NCBI GenBank assembly: GCA_036558305.1
Contig: DATBFX010000341.1
Location: forward strand, 6,101-70,100
Source: Thermomicrobiales bacterium
Lineage (GTDB): Bacteria; Chloroflexota; Chloroflexia; Thermomicrobiales; UBA6265
DNA: 64,000 bases
Direction: 5' to 3'
The translations under genes were made by a program, and so were the position numbers. This document shows positions 56,916-64,000 of this stretch, piece after piece (position 1 is the stretch's first letter; every line of letters starts with the position of its first letter). Below the pieces are notes generated by a model, which saw only the letters and a program-made list of their open reading frames with translations, searched no databases and was not told the origin of the DNA.

Positions 56916-58193
56916 TCACAGGAGACGGAGCCATTGTTCGACGGCGGTTGCGTCCATCGCTCCGTACAAACCTCGCCGGATGTCGGCATTGCGCGCGATG
57001 TTGACGGCCGTCAGTCGCGGATAGGCGGAGTACCAAACCCGCGTCGGAATTTGATGCACGCGCAGATAATCCTTGAATGCCGTCTCGTCCTTCGCCCCGT
57101 GGAGGATCAGCCAATCGGTCTTGGGATAGCCGACGCCGTTGCTGAAGACCGCGTTCAGACCCCAGGCGACCTTGTCGATGAACTCGTCCATGTAGCTTTC
57201 GAGGCTGCCGTCGTAGTTGCTCGCGAAAATCAGGCGGCGTTGATCGTCGATCAGGACCCAGCGCGCGAAGTGGATCGTCCTTACCCCGCTGAGCTGGCCC
57301 TTCGTGTAGATGTTCCGGGTGCCGTAGTTGACGAGCCAGAGGACCCCGCGGGCAGACAGCAGGCGGAAGCGCCCGGATTTCAGAAAGCCGACGCCGGCGA
57401 AGGGGTTCTGCACCGCGCGGTCCTCAAGGGAGGCGAGGGACGCGACGCGTGCGGGATCGGGTCTGATGTGGCGCGCCGGGTCACGTCGCTCGCGCTTCCG
57501 CAACAACAGCAGCCAGAAGGGCAAACCCAGGATGATGACCGGCGAAAGAAGCAGCAGGAGCAGCGGGACGGCGACCAGACGAAGTCGCCCGCGGATGAGG
57601 TCGCGCAGGCCGGATGCTGGCGGAGGCGTTCGCGCCCAGGCAAGGGTCGGTTCCTGGTTCACGAACTCCTGAATCGCCCCCCGGATTTCGGCGGGACGGC
57701 GGCTTGACCAGTTTTGGCCAGGACGATCCAAGAAATCCTGGATCGCCTCGCGCAGCGCGGCGTCCTGATGGACCTGCTGGACGGTCCGGCCGGGTCTGTT
57801 GGCGTACGTTGTCTGCGCTTTGACGGTCCTCGCCCGTAAAAAGGCGATCCGGCTGTCATCGGTGAGCGCCGAAGCGGCCGGATAGCCCTCGCAGTGAGAG
57901 AAGATGTCGTCCAGACCGGTGCGGGCAGACGCCACCAGATCGCGCAGATAGCGATCCAGCGACCCATCGATGTCGCTCAGGAAGACGAGGTAAGGCGGGG
58001 TCGATTCGCCGCCGGCGCCGGCGGACTCCTCCAGGATCAGGATTCGTGCGAAGTGCAGTTGGGAAAGCTGCGTGAACGGAATTACGGCGCCATTGGCGAC
58101 GCCGTTGCCCATCGTCGTCAGGAGTTCGTCGAGTTGTCCGATCGCCGCCGACCGGATGCGGGCGATGATCGTCACGGCGAGCTGCTGCTCCAC
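56916..58193 (-). CDS. membrane protein with two DyP-like half-domain repeats (DyP-associated)
   Basis: Two internal repeats: LHFARILILEE...YLVFLSDIDGSLDRYLRDLVASARTGLDDIFSHCEGYP and IHFARWVLIDDQRRLIFASNYDGSLESYMDEFIDKVAWGLNAVFSNGVGYP. A TM helix (LVAVPLLLLLLSPVIILGLPFWLLLL) separates them. The GTG at 58193 after GGGAGA is my best guess for the start. Confidence 0.6.
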   Translation of the reverse strand: MEQQLAVTIIARIRSAAIGQLDELLTTMGNGVANGAVIPFTQLSQLHFARILILEESAGAGGESTPPYLVFLSDIDGSLDRYLRDLVASARTGLDDIFSHCEGYPAASALTDDSRIAFLRARTVKAQTTYANRPGRTVQQVHQDAALREAIQDFLDRPGQNWSSRRPAEIRGAIQEFVNQEPTLAWARTPPPASGLRDLIRGRLRLVAVPLLLLLLSPVIILGLPFWLLLLRKRERRDPARHIRPDPARVASLASLEDRAVQNPFAGVGFLKSGRFRLLSARGVLWLVNYGTRNIYTKGQLSGVRTIHFARWVLIDDQRRLIFASNYDGSLESYMDEFIDKVAWGLNAVFSNGVGYPKTDWLILHGAKDETAFKDYLRVHQIPTRVWYSAYPRLTAVNIARNADIRRGLYGAMDATAVEQWLRLL

Positions 58194-58249
58194 GCTGGCT
58201 CTCCCGACGATGACTCCACCGGGCCATTTGCGCCCGCGCGACCGCGGTG

Positions 58250-58687
58250 TCAGGTGGGAAAGACGAGAAAGAAGTTCACGAGCTTCTTCTTGCCCCAATA
58301 GACGATGCCGAGAAAGCGACCCGGCGACACCTCGCGAATCTCGTCCCTGATCCAGTGCGCGACGAGCGAGGTGCGGGAGTAATCCAGGACGATGCACTCC
58401 TTGCCATCGAACCAACTCTTCTCTTTGTAGACATTGGCCCGAATCGCACGGACGCGGAGTGGCGTTATCTTGTTACGCAGACCTTCGCCGCGGGCGTCGA
58501 ATACCTTGCCCTGCCAGATCAGGAGATGGATCAGCGTCGCGGTCAGGTGCGACAGCCAAGAACCGGGCTGGACGATCGCCGTGCCGTCGGCATCGCCCGT
58601 CGGGACGCGTTCGACACCGCCGTCTCGGAACAGCTCGTCGAGTTGCTGCTGCGACATCGCCGTCAGTTGGGTCGCATCCAACGACAT
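58250..58687 (-). CDS. hypothetical protein, first gene of the DyP operon
   Basis: ATG at 58687 (MSLDATQLTAMSQQQLDELF). Globular composition (WFDGKECIVLDYSRTSLVAHWIRDEIREVSPGRFLGIVYW). No family recall. Confidence 0.55.
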   Translation of the reverse strand: MSLDATQLTAMSQQQLDELFRDGGVERVPTGDADGTAIVQPGSWLSHLTATLIHLLIWQGKVFDARGEGLRNKITPLRVRAIRANVYKEKSWFDGKECIVLDYSRTSLVAHWIRDEIREVSPGRFLGIVYWGKKKLVNFFLVFPT

Positions 58688-58886
58688 TTCGCACCCCGCT
58701 TCTGGATCAACGAGGCTGAGGCACAGCGTTCCGGATTCTCGAACCACCGCGAAGGACGGCAGTATAACGGTCGGTTGGATGCGACACAATGGGTTGGTCG
58801 GCGTCGGCAGGGTCTATGCAAAGTCGCCGTGGTGGCGCTCCGCCGATAGACTGGGGGTGTCCAATCACCGGCTACCGGCGGAGCGC

Positions 58887-59211
58887 ATGGCCAGTAGAGA
58901 GGCCCCGCCGTTGGTCGAGGTGCTCGCCCAGGTTCCCGACGTCCGCTGCGCCCGCGGGAAGCGGCATCCGCTCCAGGCGGTGTTGCCGCTGGCCGGCGTG
59001 GCCATCCTCGGACGTCACCTTCGACGAGGACCGCAGCGCGGTGCGGACCAAGGCCGCGCCCCAGGTCGGTGCCGCCTGCCGCAACCCGGCGATCACCCTG
59101 CTGCGCCGGCTGGGCGCCGCCAATGTCGCCGCTGCCTGCCGCACCTTCGCCGGTCGCCCGCTCACCGCCATCGCCCTCGTCGCCACCGCCGGCTGCCAGG
59201 TGAAGAAATGA
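58887..59211 (+). pseudogene. ISAs1-family transposase remnant (N-terminal ~40 aa fused out of frame to C-terminal ~65 aa)
   Basis: From 58887 one frame reads MASREAPPLVEVLAQVPDVRCARGKRHPLQAVLPLAGVAILG, the ISAs1/H-repeat N-terminal motif VPDPR..RGKRH. From 59011 the +1 frame reads DVTFDEDRSAVRTKAAPQVGAACRNPAITLLRRLGAANVAAACRTFAGRP, the typical ISAs1 C-terminus. The DDE core is missing. Confidence 0.65.
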
Positions 59212-59344
59212 TCCTGGCTCACCGATGAGCAGAAGAGTCGCGCCCTGAGGGCGCTTGATGCGCGGGTGCGGGTCTGGGCATCCGGTCGCGACCCAAGGTA
59301 CGCAATCACGATCTCGCTCGACGGACTGCTGCCGGCTGGCCCCG

Positions 59345-59596
59345 CTAGTGATCTTCGGACGGCAGCCGGTGGCGACCCCGACGGGGCGCGTGCGCGTGGC
59401 TGTAGCCGTCGTGGTTGTGCCAGACGGGGCGGACGTCGCGGGGATCGGCCTTGAAGAGCAACTTCGGCATCGTGTAGACCCGCCGCCCGGCCGAACCGCA
59501 AACCGGACAGAACGCCGGTTCATTCGCCTCGGCCATCGACCGCTCGCGCTCGAAGCGCGCCCCGCAATCGATGCAGCCGTAGTCGTACTTGGGCAC
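59345..59596 (-). CDS. FmdB-family zinc-ribbon protein
   Basis: The GTG at 59596 gives (M)PKYDYGCIDCGARFERERSMAEANEPAFCPVCGS, the FmdB MPxYEYxCxxCG...CPxCG pattern. The longer track ORF 59345..60040 is an over-extension. Confidence 0.75.
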   Translation of the reverse strand: MPKYDYGCIDCGARFERERSMAEANEPAFCPVCGSAGRRVYTMPKLLFKADPRDVRPVWHNHDGYSHAHAPRRGRHRLPSEDH

Positions 59597-59613
59597 GTTC
59601 ACCCCCGACGAGA

Positions 59614-59747
59614 GGAACAGACGGACAGACGGACAGACGGACCAAGTCGACGACGAAGTCGCGATCACGCTTGTTACGACTGACGACCGACGGCTGACGG
59701 CTCTCCCTGTTCCGTCTGCCCGTCTGCCCGTCTGTCCGTCTGCTTCC
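59614..59747 (-). repeat. hairpin F: GGACAGAC-type units, spanning the 3' end of the Fur-family gene
   Basis: Plus-strand ggaacagacggacagacggacagacggacc (59614-59643) pairs with gttccgtctgcccgtctgcccgtctgtccgtctgcttcc (59709-59747), 15 bp perfect plus 7 more. The Fur-family stop (59674-59676) lies in the loop, and arm 59709-59747 is translated as ...KQTDRRADGQTEQ. Confidence 0.88.
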
Positions 59748-60216
59748 GGCAATAGTCGCACTGACCGAACAGCGCCAGGTGATCGACGTTCGCCACGAAT
59801 CCGTATCGTTTGAGAATGCTCTCGCGGAGCGGCTCGACCAAGGCGTCGTCGAGGACGAGCATCCCGCCGCAATCGCGGCAGATGAGGTGGTGGTGACGAC
59901 CGTCGGCGAGGAGTTCGTATTGGCGCACGCCGCCGCCGAGGTCGGTCTCGGAGATGAGCCCGAGATCGCGAAACAACTCGAGCGTCCGGTAGACCGTCGA
60001 CCGGTTCACGGCCGGCGACAGCGGACCGACGCGGGCCCAAACTTCCTCGGCGGTCAGGTGCTCGCCGGGACGTGCGAACGCGCCCAGGATCAACAACCGC
60101 TGCGGTGTCACCCGCTGTCCGACGGCCCGGAGGAGGACCGCCAGTTCTTGCGGCGAGCGCTCCGGTTGCCAGGTCGCCTCCTGCTGCCGATCGATCGCCG
60201 TGTCGTCGCTACCCAC
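59674..60216 (-). CDS. Fur-family metalloregulator (Zur-like by context)
   Basis: RVTPQRLLILGAFARPGEHLTAEEVWARV...NRSTVYRTLELFRDLGLI...HHHLICRDCG...FGQCDYC. The start is uncertain (GTG at 60216 proposed; no in-frame ATG nearby). The last ~20 residues are repeat-encoded. Confidence 0.8.
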   Translation of the reverse strand: MGSDDTAIDRQQEATWQPERSPQELAVLLRAVGQRVTPQRLLILGAFARPGEHLTAEEVWARVGPLSPAVNRSTVYRTLELFRDLGLISETDLGGGVRQYELLADGRHHHLICRDCGGMLVLDDALVEPLRESILKRYGFVANVDHLALFGQCDYCRKQTDRRADGQTEQGEPSAVGRQS

Positions 60217-60327
60217 CGGATGAGTCCTTTTGACGCCGCGTTCGGCGGCGTATCGCACACGACACGAAGCGTACCACGCCCCCTTGACCGCTCCCCCGTC
60301 GTCACCTAAGATGCGGGCGCGCGTTGT

Positions 60328-60341
60328 TGCGACAATTCGCA
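60328..60341. promoter_or_regulatory. inverted repeat TGCGA-CAAT-TCGCA in the divergent Fur-family/metal-ABC promoter region (candidate Fur/Zur box)
   Basis: tgcgacaattcgca at 60328-60341, followed by the AT-richer tctgcatgttttgtacgtt. It lies ~60 nt upstream of the proposed TTG start of the binding protein. Assigned by position only. Confidence 0.35.
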
Positions 60342-60400
60342 TCTGCATGTTTTGTACGTTACTCTTTGCCCCATTGGACAGCACCGACAGGAGCTTCACC

Positions 60401-61456
60401 TTGCCTATCGAGACGCTTTCCCGTCGCACCCTGATCGGCGCCGCCGCGTCGCTGGTTGCTCTCGCACGGCTCGCCGGTCGGGTTGGTCGAGTCGCCGCCC
60501 AGGACGCCACCCCTACCGCGCCCACGTCCTCCCTCGGCTGGAGCGACTCATTTGACGACGACAACGGCAAACTCAACGTTGCCACCACCGTCGCGCCGAT
60601 CAGCTCGATCGTGCGCAACGTCGGCGGCACCCGCATCGACCTCCACGGCATCATCCCCGACGGTACCGACTCCCACACCTTCGAACCCGCGCCGTCCGAC
60701 GCCAAGATCCTCTCCAAAGCCGACCTCGTGATCGTCAACGGACTCCACCTGGAGCAACCGACCGTCGACCTCGCCCAGGCAAACCTGAAGGACGGCGCCC
60801 AGATCTATCAACTCGGCGAGAACACCATCACCGAAGACCAGTGGATCTACGACTTCTCCTTTCCCAAGGAGAAGGGCGATCCCAACCCGCACCTCTGGAT
60901 GAATGTCCCCTTCGCGATGAACTACGCCAAGCTCGCCCAGCAATGGCTGGCCGAGCGCGACCCCACAAATGCCGATTACTACCAGCAAAACCTCGACCGC
61001 TACCTCGCCGTCCTCACCCAACTCGACAACGGCATCATGCAGTCGGTGCAGACGATCCCCGAAGGCAACCGTAAACTCCTCACCTACCACGACGCCTACG
61101 CCTACTTCGCCCAGCACTACGGCATGACCGTCATCGGCGCCGCCCAGCCCTCAGACTTCTCCGAACCGTCGCCGCAAGAGGTTGCCGCGCTGATCGACCA
61201 GATCAAGCAGGAGCACGTCCCGGCCGTGTTCGGCTCCGAAGTCTTCCCGAGCACCGTCCTCGAACAGATCGCCAAAGAGGCCGGCGCCAAGTACATCGAC
61301 AAGATGCGCGACGACGAGCCTCCCGGCGACCCCGGCGACCCCGACCACACCTACGTCGGCATGATGCTGATGGACATGTCGCTGATGATCCCCGCCCTCG
61401 GCGGCACCATCAACGCCCTCGCCGGCATCGAACCCTGGGACACGTACGTGCCGTGA
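60401..61456 (+). CDS. metal ABC transporter substrate-binding protein (ZnuA/TroA, cluster 9 family)
   Basis: TTG at 60401, 7 nt after AGGAG (60389-60393), gives (M)PIETLSRRTLIGAAASLVALARL, a Tat-like leader. VATTVAPISSIVRNVGG, HTFEPAPSD, NPHLWMN and YHDAYAYF are TroA-fold motifs. No His-rich loop, so Zn versus Mn is undecided. Confidence 0.82.
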   Translation: MPIETLSRRTLIGAAASLVALARLAGRVGRVAAQDATPTAPTSSLGWSDSFDDDNGKLNVATTVAPISSIVRNVGGTRIDLHGIIPDGTDSHTFEPAPSDAKILSKADLVIVNGLHLEQPTVDLAQANLKDGAQIYQLGENTITEDQWIYDFSFPKEKGDPNPHLWMNVPFAMNYAKLAQQWLAERDPTNADYYQQNLDRYLAVLTQLDNGIMQSVQTIPEGNRKLLTYHDAYAYFAQHYGMTVIGAAQPSDFSEPSPQEVAALIDQIKQEHVPAVFGSEVFPSTVLEQIAKEAGAKYIDKMRDDEPPGDPGDPDHTYVGMMLMDMSLMIPALGGTINALAGIEPWDTYVP

Positions 61457-61566
61457 GGCAAAAGGCGGAAGGGATCTGACACCGGCCACCTACTTGCGTC
61501 TCAAGGAGTAACGGATGGATGCCGAGATGACACCAGACGCGAACGACGTGCTCTTGGCCGCCCAAA

Positions 61567-61591
61567 GCTCGAAGCTCGAAGCTCGAAGCTC
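61567..61591 (+). repeat. tandem heptamer (GCTCGAA)x3.5 abutting the ATPase start codon
   Basis: gctcgaagctcgaagctcgaagctc ends one base before the ATG at 61592. I found no reverse-complement partner nearby. Confidence 0.8.
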
Positions 61592-62443
61592 ATGACTTCT
61601 CACGCCATTCACCTCCAGCAGGTCTCCTGCGCGTACGACGCAACGGCGGTCTTGCGCGACGTTTCGCTCCGGGTGACCCCCGGTCAATTCGTCGGCATGA
61701 TCGGCCCGAGCGGCGCCGGCAAGACGACACTACTGCGCACGATGCTCGGACTGGTGCCGCGGGTCGATGGCGAGGTCGTCGTCGGTGGTCGACCCGTCGC
61801 ACCGGGACGGCCACCGGCCGGCGTCGGTTACGTCCCGCAAGTCGAGACGGTCGATTGGGGATTCCCGGTCAGCGTCGAAAACGTCGTCCTGATGGGCAAG
61901 GTCGGTCGGATGGGACCCTGGCCCTGGCCGAGCCGGGGCGACCGGCGCGAGGTCGCCGAAACGCTGGAGCGGCTCGGCATCGGCAAACTCGGCCACCGGC
62001 ACATCCGCGACCTGTCGGGTGGACAACAGCAACGGACGTTTCTTGCCCGCGCCCTGATCGGTCGCCCTCGGATCCTGTTCCTCGACGAACCGACCGCCAG
62101 CGTCGATATCAAGACCCGCGACGACATCCTCCACCTGCTCGCCCACCTCAACCGCGACGACGGCGTCACCACCGTCATGACCACCCACGAACTCAACACC
62201 GTCGCCGCTCACCTCCCCTGGGTCGTCTGCGTCAACGCCGGTGTCGTCGCCCAGGGTCCGCCGAGCACCGTCTTCACCGGGCCAATTCTCTCCCGCACCT
62301 TCGGCACCGAGATGCGGGTGATCCGCGACCTCGAAACCGGCAACCTCCTCGTCGCCGAAGCGGGGACGCACGGGCCGTTTTCGAGTCGTCAGTCGTCAGT
62401 CGTCAGTCGTCAGTTGCAGACGGGCGACTCGTCGGCCGCCTAG
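61592..62443 (+). CDS. metal ABC transporter ATP-binding protein (ZnuC-like)
   Basis: Walker A GPSGAGKTT, signature LSGGQQQR, Walker B LFLDEP. The C-terminal tail SSRQSSVVSRQLQ is encoded by hairpin H. Confidence 0.9.
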   Translation: MTSHAIHLQQVSCAYDATAVLRDVSLRVTPGQFVGMIGPSGAGKTTLLRTMLGLVPRVDGEVVVGGRPVAPGRPPAGVGYVPQVETVDWGFPVSVENVVLMGKVGRMGPWPWPSRGDRREVAETLERLGIGKLGHRHIRDLSGGQQQRTFLARALIGRPRILFLDEPTASVDIKTRDDILHLLAHLNRDDGVTTVMTTHELNTVAAHLPWVVCVNAGVVAQGPPSTVFTGPILSRTFGTEMRVIRDLETGNLLVAEAGTHGPFSSRQSSVVSRQLQTGDSSAA

Positions 62444-62510
62444 AAGGAGACTCCGACTATGCGCATTCTTGCCTGCAACGACTATCGACTGACGACTGAC
62501 GACTGACGAC
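62385..62510 (+). repeat. hairpin H: (GTCGTCA)x4 - loop - (GACTGAC)x3-4
   Basis: 62385-62409 is the exact reverse complement of 62486-62510 (25 bp). A second 7-bp pairing joins gttgcag (62413-62419) and ctgcaac (62473-62479). The left arm lies inside the ATPase coding end (stop 62441-62443). The right arm ends 4 nt before the permease ATG at 62515. Confidence 0.9.
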
Positions 62511-62514
62511 TTGC

Positions 62515-63435
62515 ATGTCCCACTTCACCGAACCCTTCCAATACGAGTTTTTCCGCCACGGTCTCGTCGTCGCCACGCTCGTCGGCGCCCTCTGCGGCAT
62601 GGTCGGTGTCTCGATCATTCTGCGGCGGATGAGTTACATCGGGCATGGGTTGTCGCACTCCGTGTTCGGGGGAGCGGTCGTTAGCTACCTGATGAGTTGG
62701 AACTTCTACATCGGCGCCGGTCTCTGGGGGTTCTTCTCGGCGCTGTTGATCAACGCCACCGCCAAACGGCGCAACATCGGCGGGGACGCCGCCATCGGCA
62801 TCGTCACCACGGCCTCCTTCGCCCTCGGCGTCGCCCTCATCAGCAAAACGCGACGGTTCACCCGCAACTTCGAGGCGGCCCTATTCGGCAACATCCTCGG
62901 CGTCACCCGCGAGGACATCGTCGTCATCGCCGCCGTCACCGCCGTCGTCGCCCTGGGGATGTTCTTCGCCTACAAGCAACTCCTTTTCGCCACGTTCGAT
63001 CCCGAGCTCGCCCGCGTCTACGGCGTTCCGACCCAATGGGTCGACACCGGGTTCGCCCTCGCCCTCGCCGCCACCATCGTCGCCTCGATGAACGTCGTCG
63101 GCGTCACCCTGATCGCCGCCGCCATCGTCATCCCGCCCACCACCGCGCGACTCCTCACCCACTCCTTCGGTCGCCTGCTGATCCTCTCCACCCTCATCGG
63201 TGCCGCCTGCGGTTTCTTCGGGATGTTCCTCAGCTACGAGTACGACATCGCCTCCGGTGCCGCCATCGTCCTGTTGTCGGCGGCCGTGTTCGCCGCGGTC
63301 TATGCCGGTACCAGCCTCAAACGCGTCCTGAGCCACCGGCACGTCGTCGTGTCGGAACCGGCGCAGCACCGGGGGCGGTCGGTCGCCGGGCTATCGCCGG
63401 CGGCGGCGGGAACCGACGATCACCTGTTTGACTGA
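62515..63435 (+). CDS. metal ABC transporter permease (ZnuB-like)
   Basis: 306 aa, 8-9 TM segments, ABC-3 family feel (FMQNALLAG-type N-terminus replaced by FEFFRHGLVVATLVGALCGMVG). Confidence 0.85.
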   Translation: MSHFTEPFQYEFFRHGLVVATLVGALCGMVGVSIILRRMSYIGHGLSHSVFGGAVVSYLMSWNFYIGAGLWGFFSALLINATAKRRNIGGDAAIGIVTTASFALGVALISKTRRFTRNFEAALFGNILGVTREDIVVIAAVTAVVALGMFFAYKQLLFATFDPELARVYGVPTQWVDTGFALALAATIVASMNVVGVTLIAAAIVIPPTTARLLTHSFGRLLILSTLIGAACGFFGMFLSYEYDIASGAAIVLLSAAVFAAVYAGTSLKRVLSHRHVVVSEPAQHRGRSVAGLSPAAAGTDDHLFD

Positions 63436-63450
63436 GCGGGTCTGACCGAA

Positions 63451-64000
63451 TCACCCACCGACGGCGGTCAGGGCGATTTCGCGCCAGGAATCGCCGACGT
63501 AGAGGTCGAGCCGGTGGGTCGACAGGTTGTAGATGACCAGGCCCTCGGGCGGCGCGGTCATGGCATCCCGCTGATCGCTCGTCATCCGCGGCGGGAGGAA
63601 GCCGCTGGTCGTCGAGGTGAGATCGAGCAGGGCGGCCGGTTGGACCGTCCCGATGCCGACGCTGCCCTGTCGCAACGTCATCGTGTCGATCTCGGCACCG
63701 TTGGCATCGGGAGTCTGGAACGTGAGGCGGCCCTGGGTGAAGTCGGCCTGCGCGTCGGGACCGACCGCGTCGCGGTAGGCCCGCGCCTGCGCCACCCAGC
63801 CGGTGAAATCGCCGGTCGCGATCCAACGCAGACCGGCCTGCCCGCTGACGGGATGCCCGATCTGAACCGGTAGCCCGCGGCCTTCCGCCGTCCCGCCGGT
63901 GTCCTCGCCCGGCGGGATGGGACCCACCAGGAGGCGACCGGCGGCGTCGATCGTGACTTGCTGCTCGCCGTCTCCGCCGAGGACCTGGACGTGCGCGTCG
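63451..64000 (-). CDS. C-terminal part of a larger secreted/tail-fibre-like protein (5' end outside window)
   Basis: The frame stays open to the window edge; the track M at 63927 is a GTG inside the ORF. C-terminal GSVGIGT...SGFLPPRMTSDQRDAMTAPPEGLVIYNLSTHRLDLYVGDSW recalls a motif seen at the ends of tail-fibre-like or cell-surface proteins. Confidence 0.5.
   Translation of the reverse strand, partial: DAHVQVLGGDGEQQVTIDAAGRLLVGPIPPGEDTGGTAEGRGLPVQIGHPVSGQAGLRWIATGDFTGWVAQARAYRDAVGPDAQADFTQGRLTFQTPDANGAEIDTMTLRQGSVGIGTVQPAALLDLTSTTSGFLPPRMTSDQRDAMTAPPEGLVIYNLSTHRLDLYVGDSWREIALTAVGG

Noticed and set aside
29399-62510. The tandem-unit hairpins could be CRISPR arrays or simple Rho-independent terminators.
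   Set aside because: The units are 7-8 nt, directly abutting, with no spacers, so they are not CRISPR. No T/U tract follows any stem, and all lie inside apparent operons immediately before the next start codon, so they are not canonical intrinsic terminators. Partial termination or processing is still possible.
60401-63435. Firm assignment of the metal ABC system as zinc-specific znuABC and of the regulator as Zur.
   Set aside because: The binding protein lacks a His-rich loop, and the TroA/ZnuA/MntC families cannot be separated by eye. Generic metal (Zn/Mn) labels are kept and the gene symbols left empty.

Overview
GC-rich (about two-thirds G+C by eye) bacterial chromosomal segment. Its protein repertoire looks Chloroflexota/Thermomicrobia- or Actinobacteria-like, but taxonomy cannot be proven from this window. 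I support about 60 protein-coding genes, one IS remnant and no rRNA, tRNA or CRISPR. All family calls come from reading the ORF-track translations and recalling motifs; no searches were run. The track prints M for GTG/TTG starts, so several starts were re-picked by hand.

Gene content:
- A leucine/branched-chain catabolic gene set: acyl-CoA dehydrogenase, methylcrotonyl-CoA carboxylase beta and alpha, enoyl-CoA hydratase, and BCKDH-type E1alpha/E1beta/E2. It is interrupted by three type II toxin-antitoxin modules (two paralogous hicAB, one vapBC) and a ~6 kb accessory block.
- A CapA-like protein, a GerMN/Gmad2 secreted protein with a Thr-Pro linker, and a GT2 + GT39-like glycosylation pair.
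- Two family-5 ABC uptake systems. One lacks ATPases; the other is a long translationally coupled operon behind a GntR regulator.
- A plus-strand group of an alpha-dioxygenase-like heme enzyme and a catalase-related protein.
- A DyP-peroxidase operon.
- A Fur-family regulator divergent from a metal ABC importer.
- A lysin-like amidase.

Most unusual observations:
1. A family of seven intercistronic hairpins whose stems are built from tandem 7-8 nt units. All have the same polarity relative to transcription, and several run into coding sequence.
2. A perfect 29-bp inverted-repeat element sitting in-frame inside the E2 linker.
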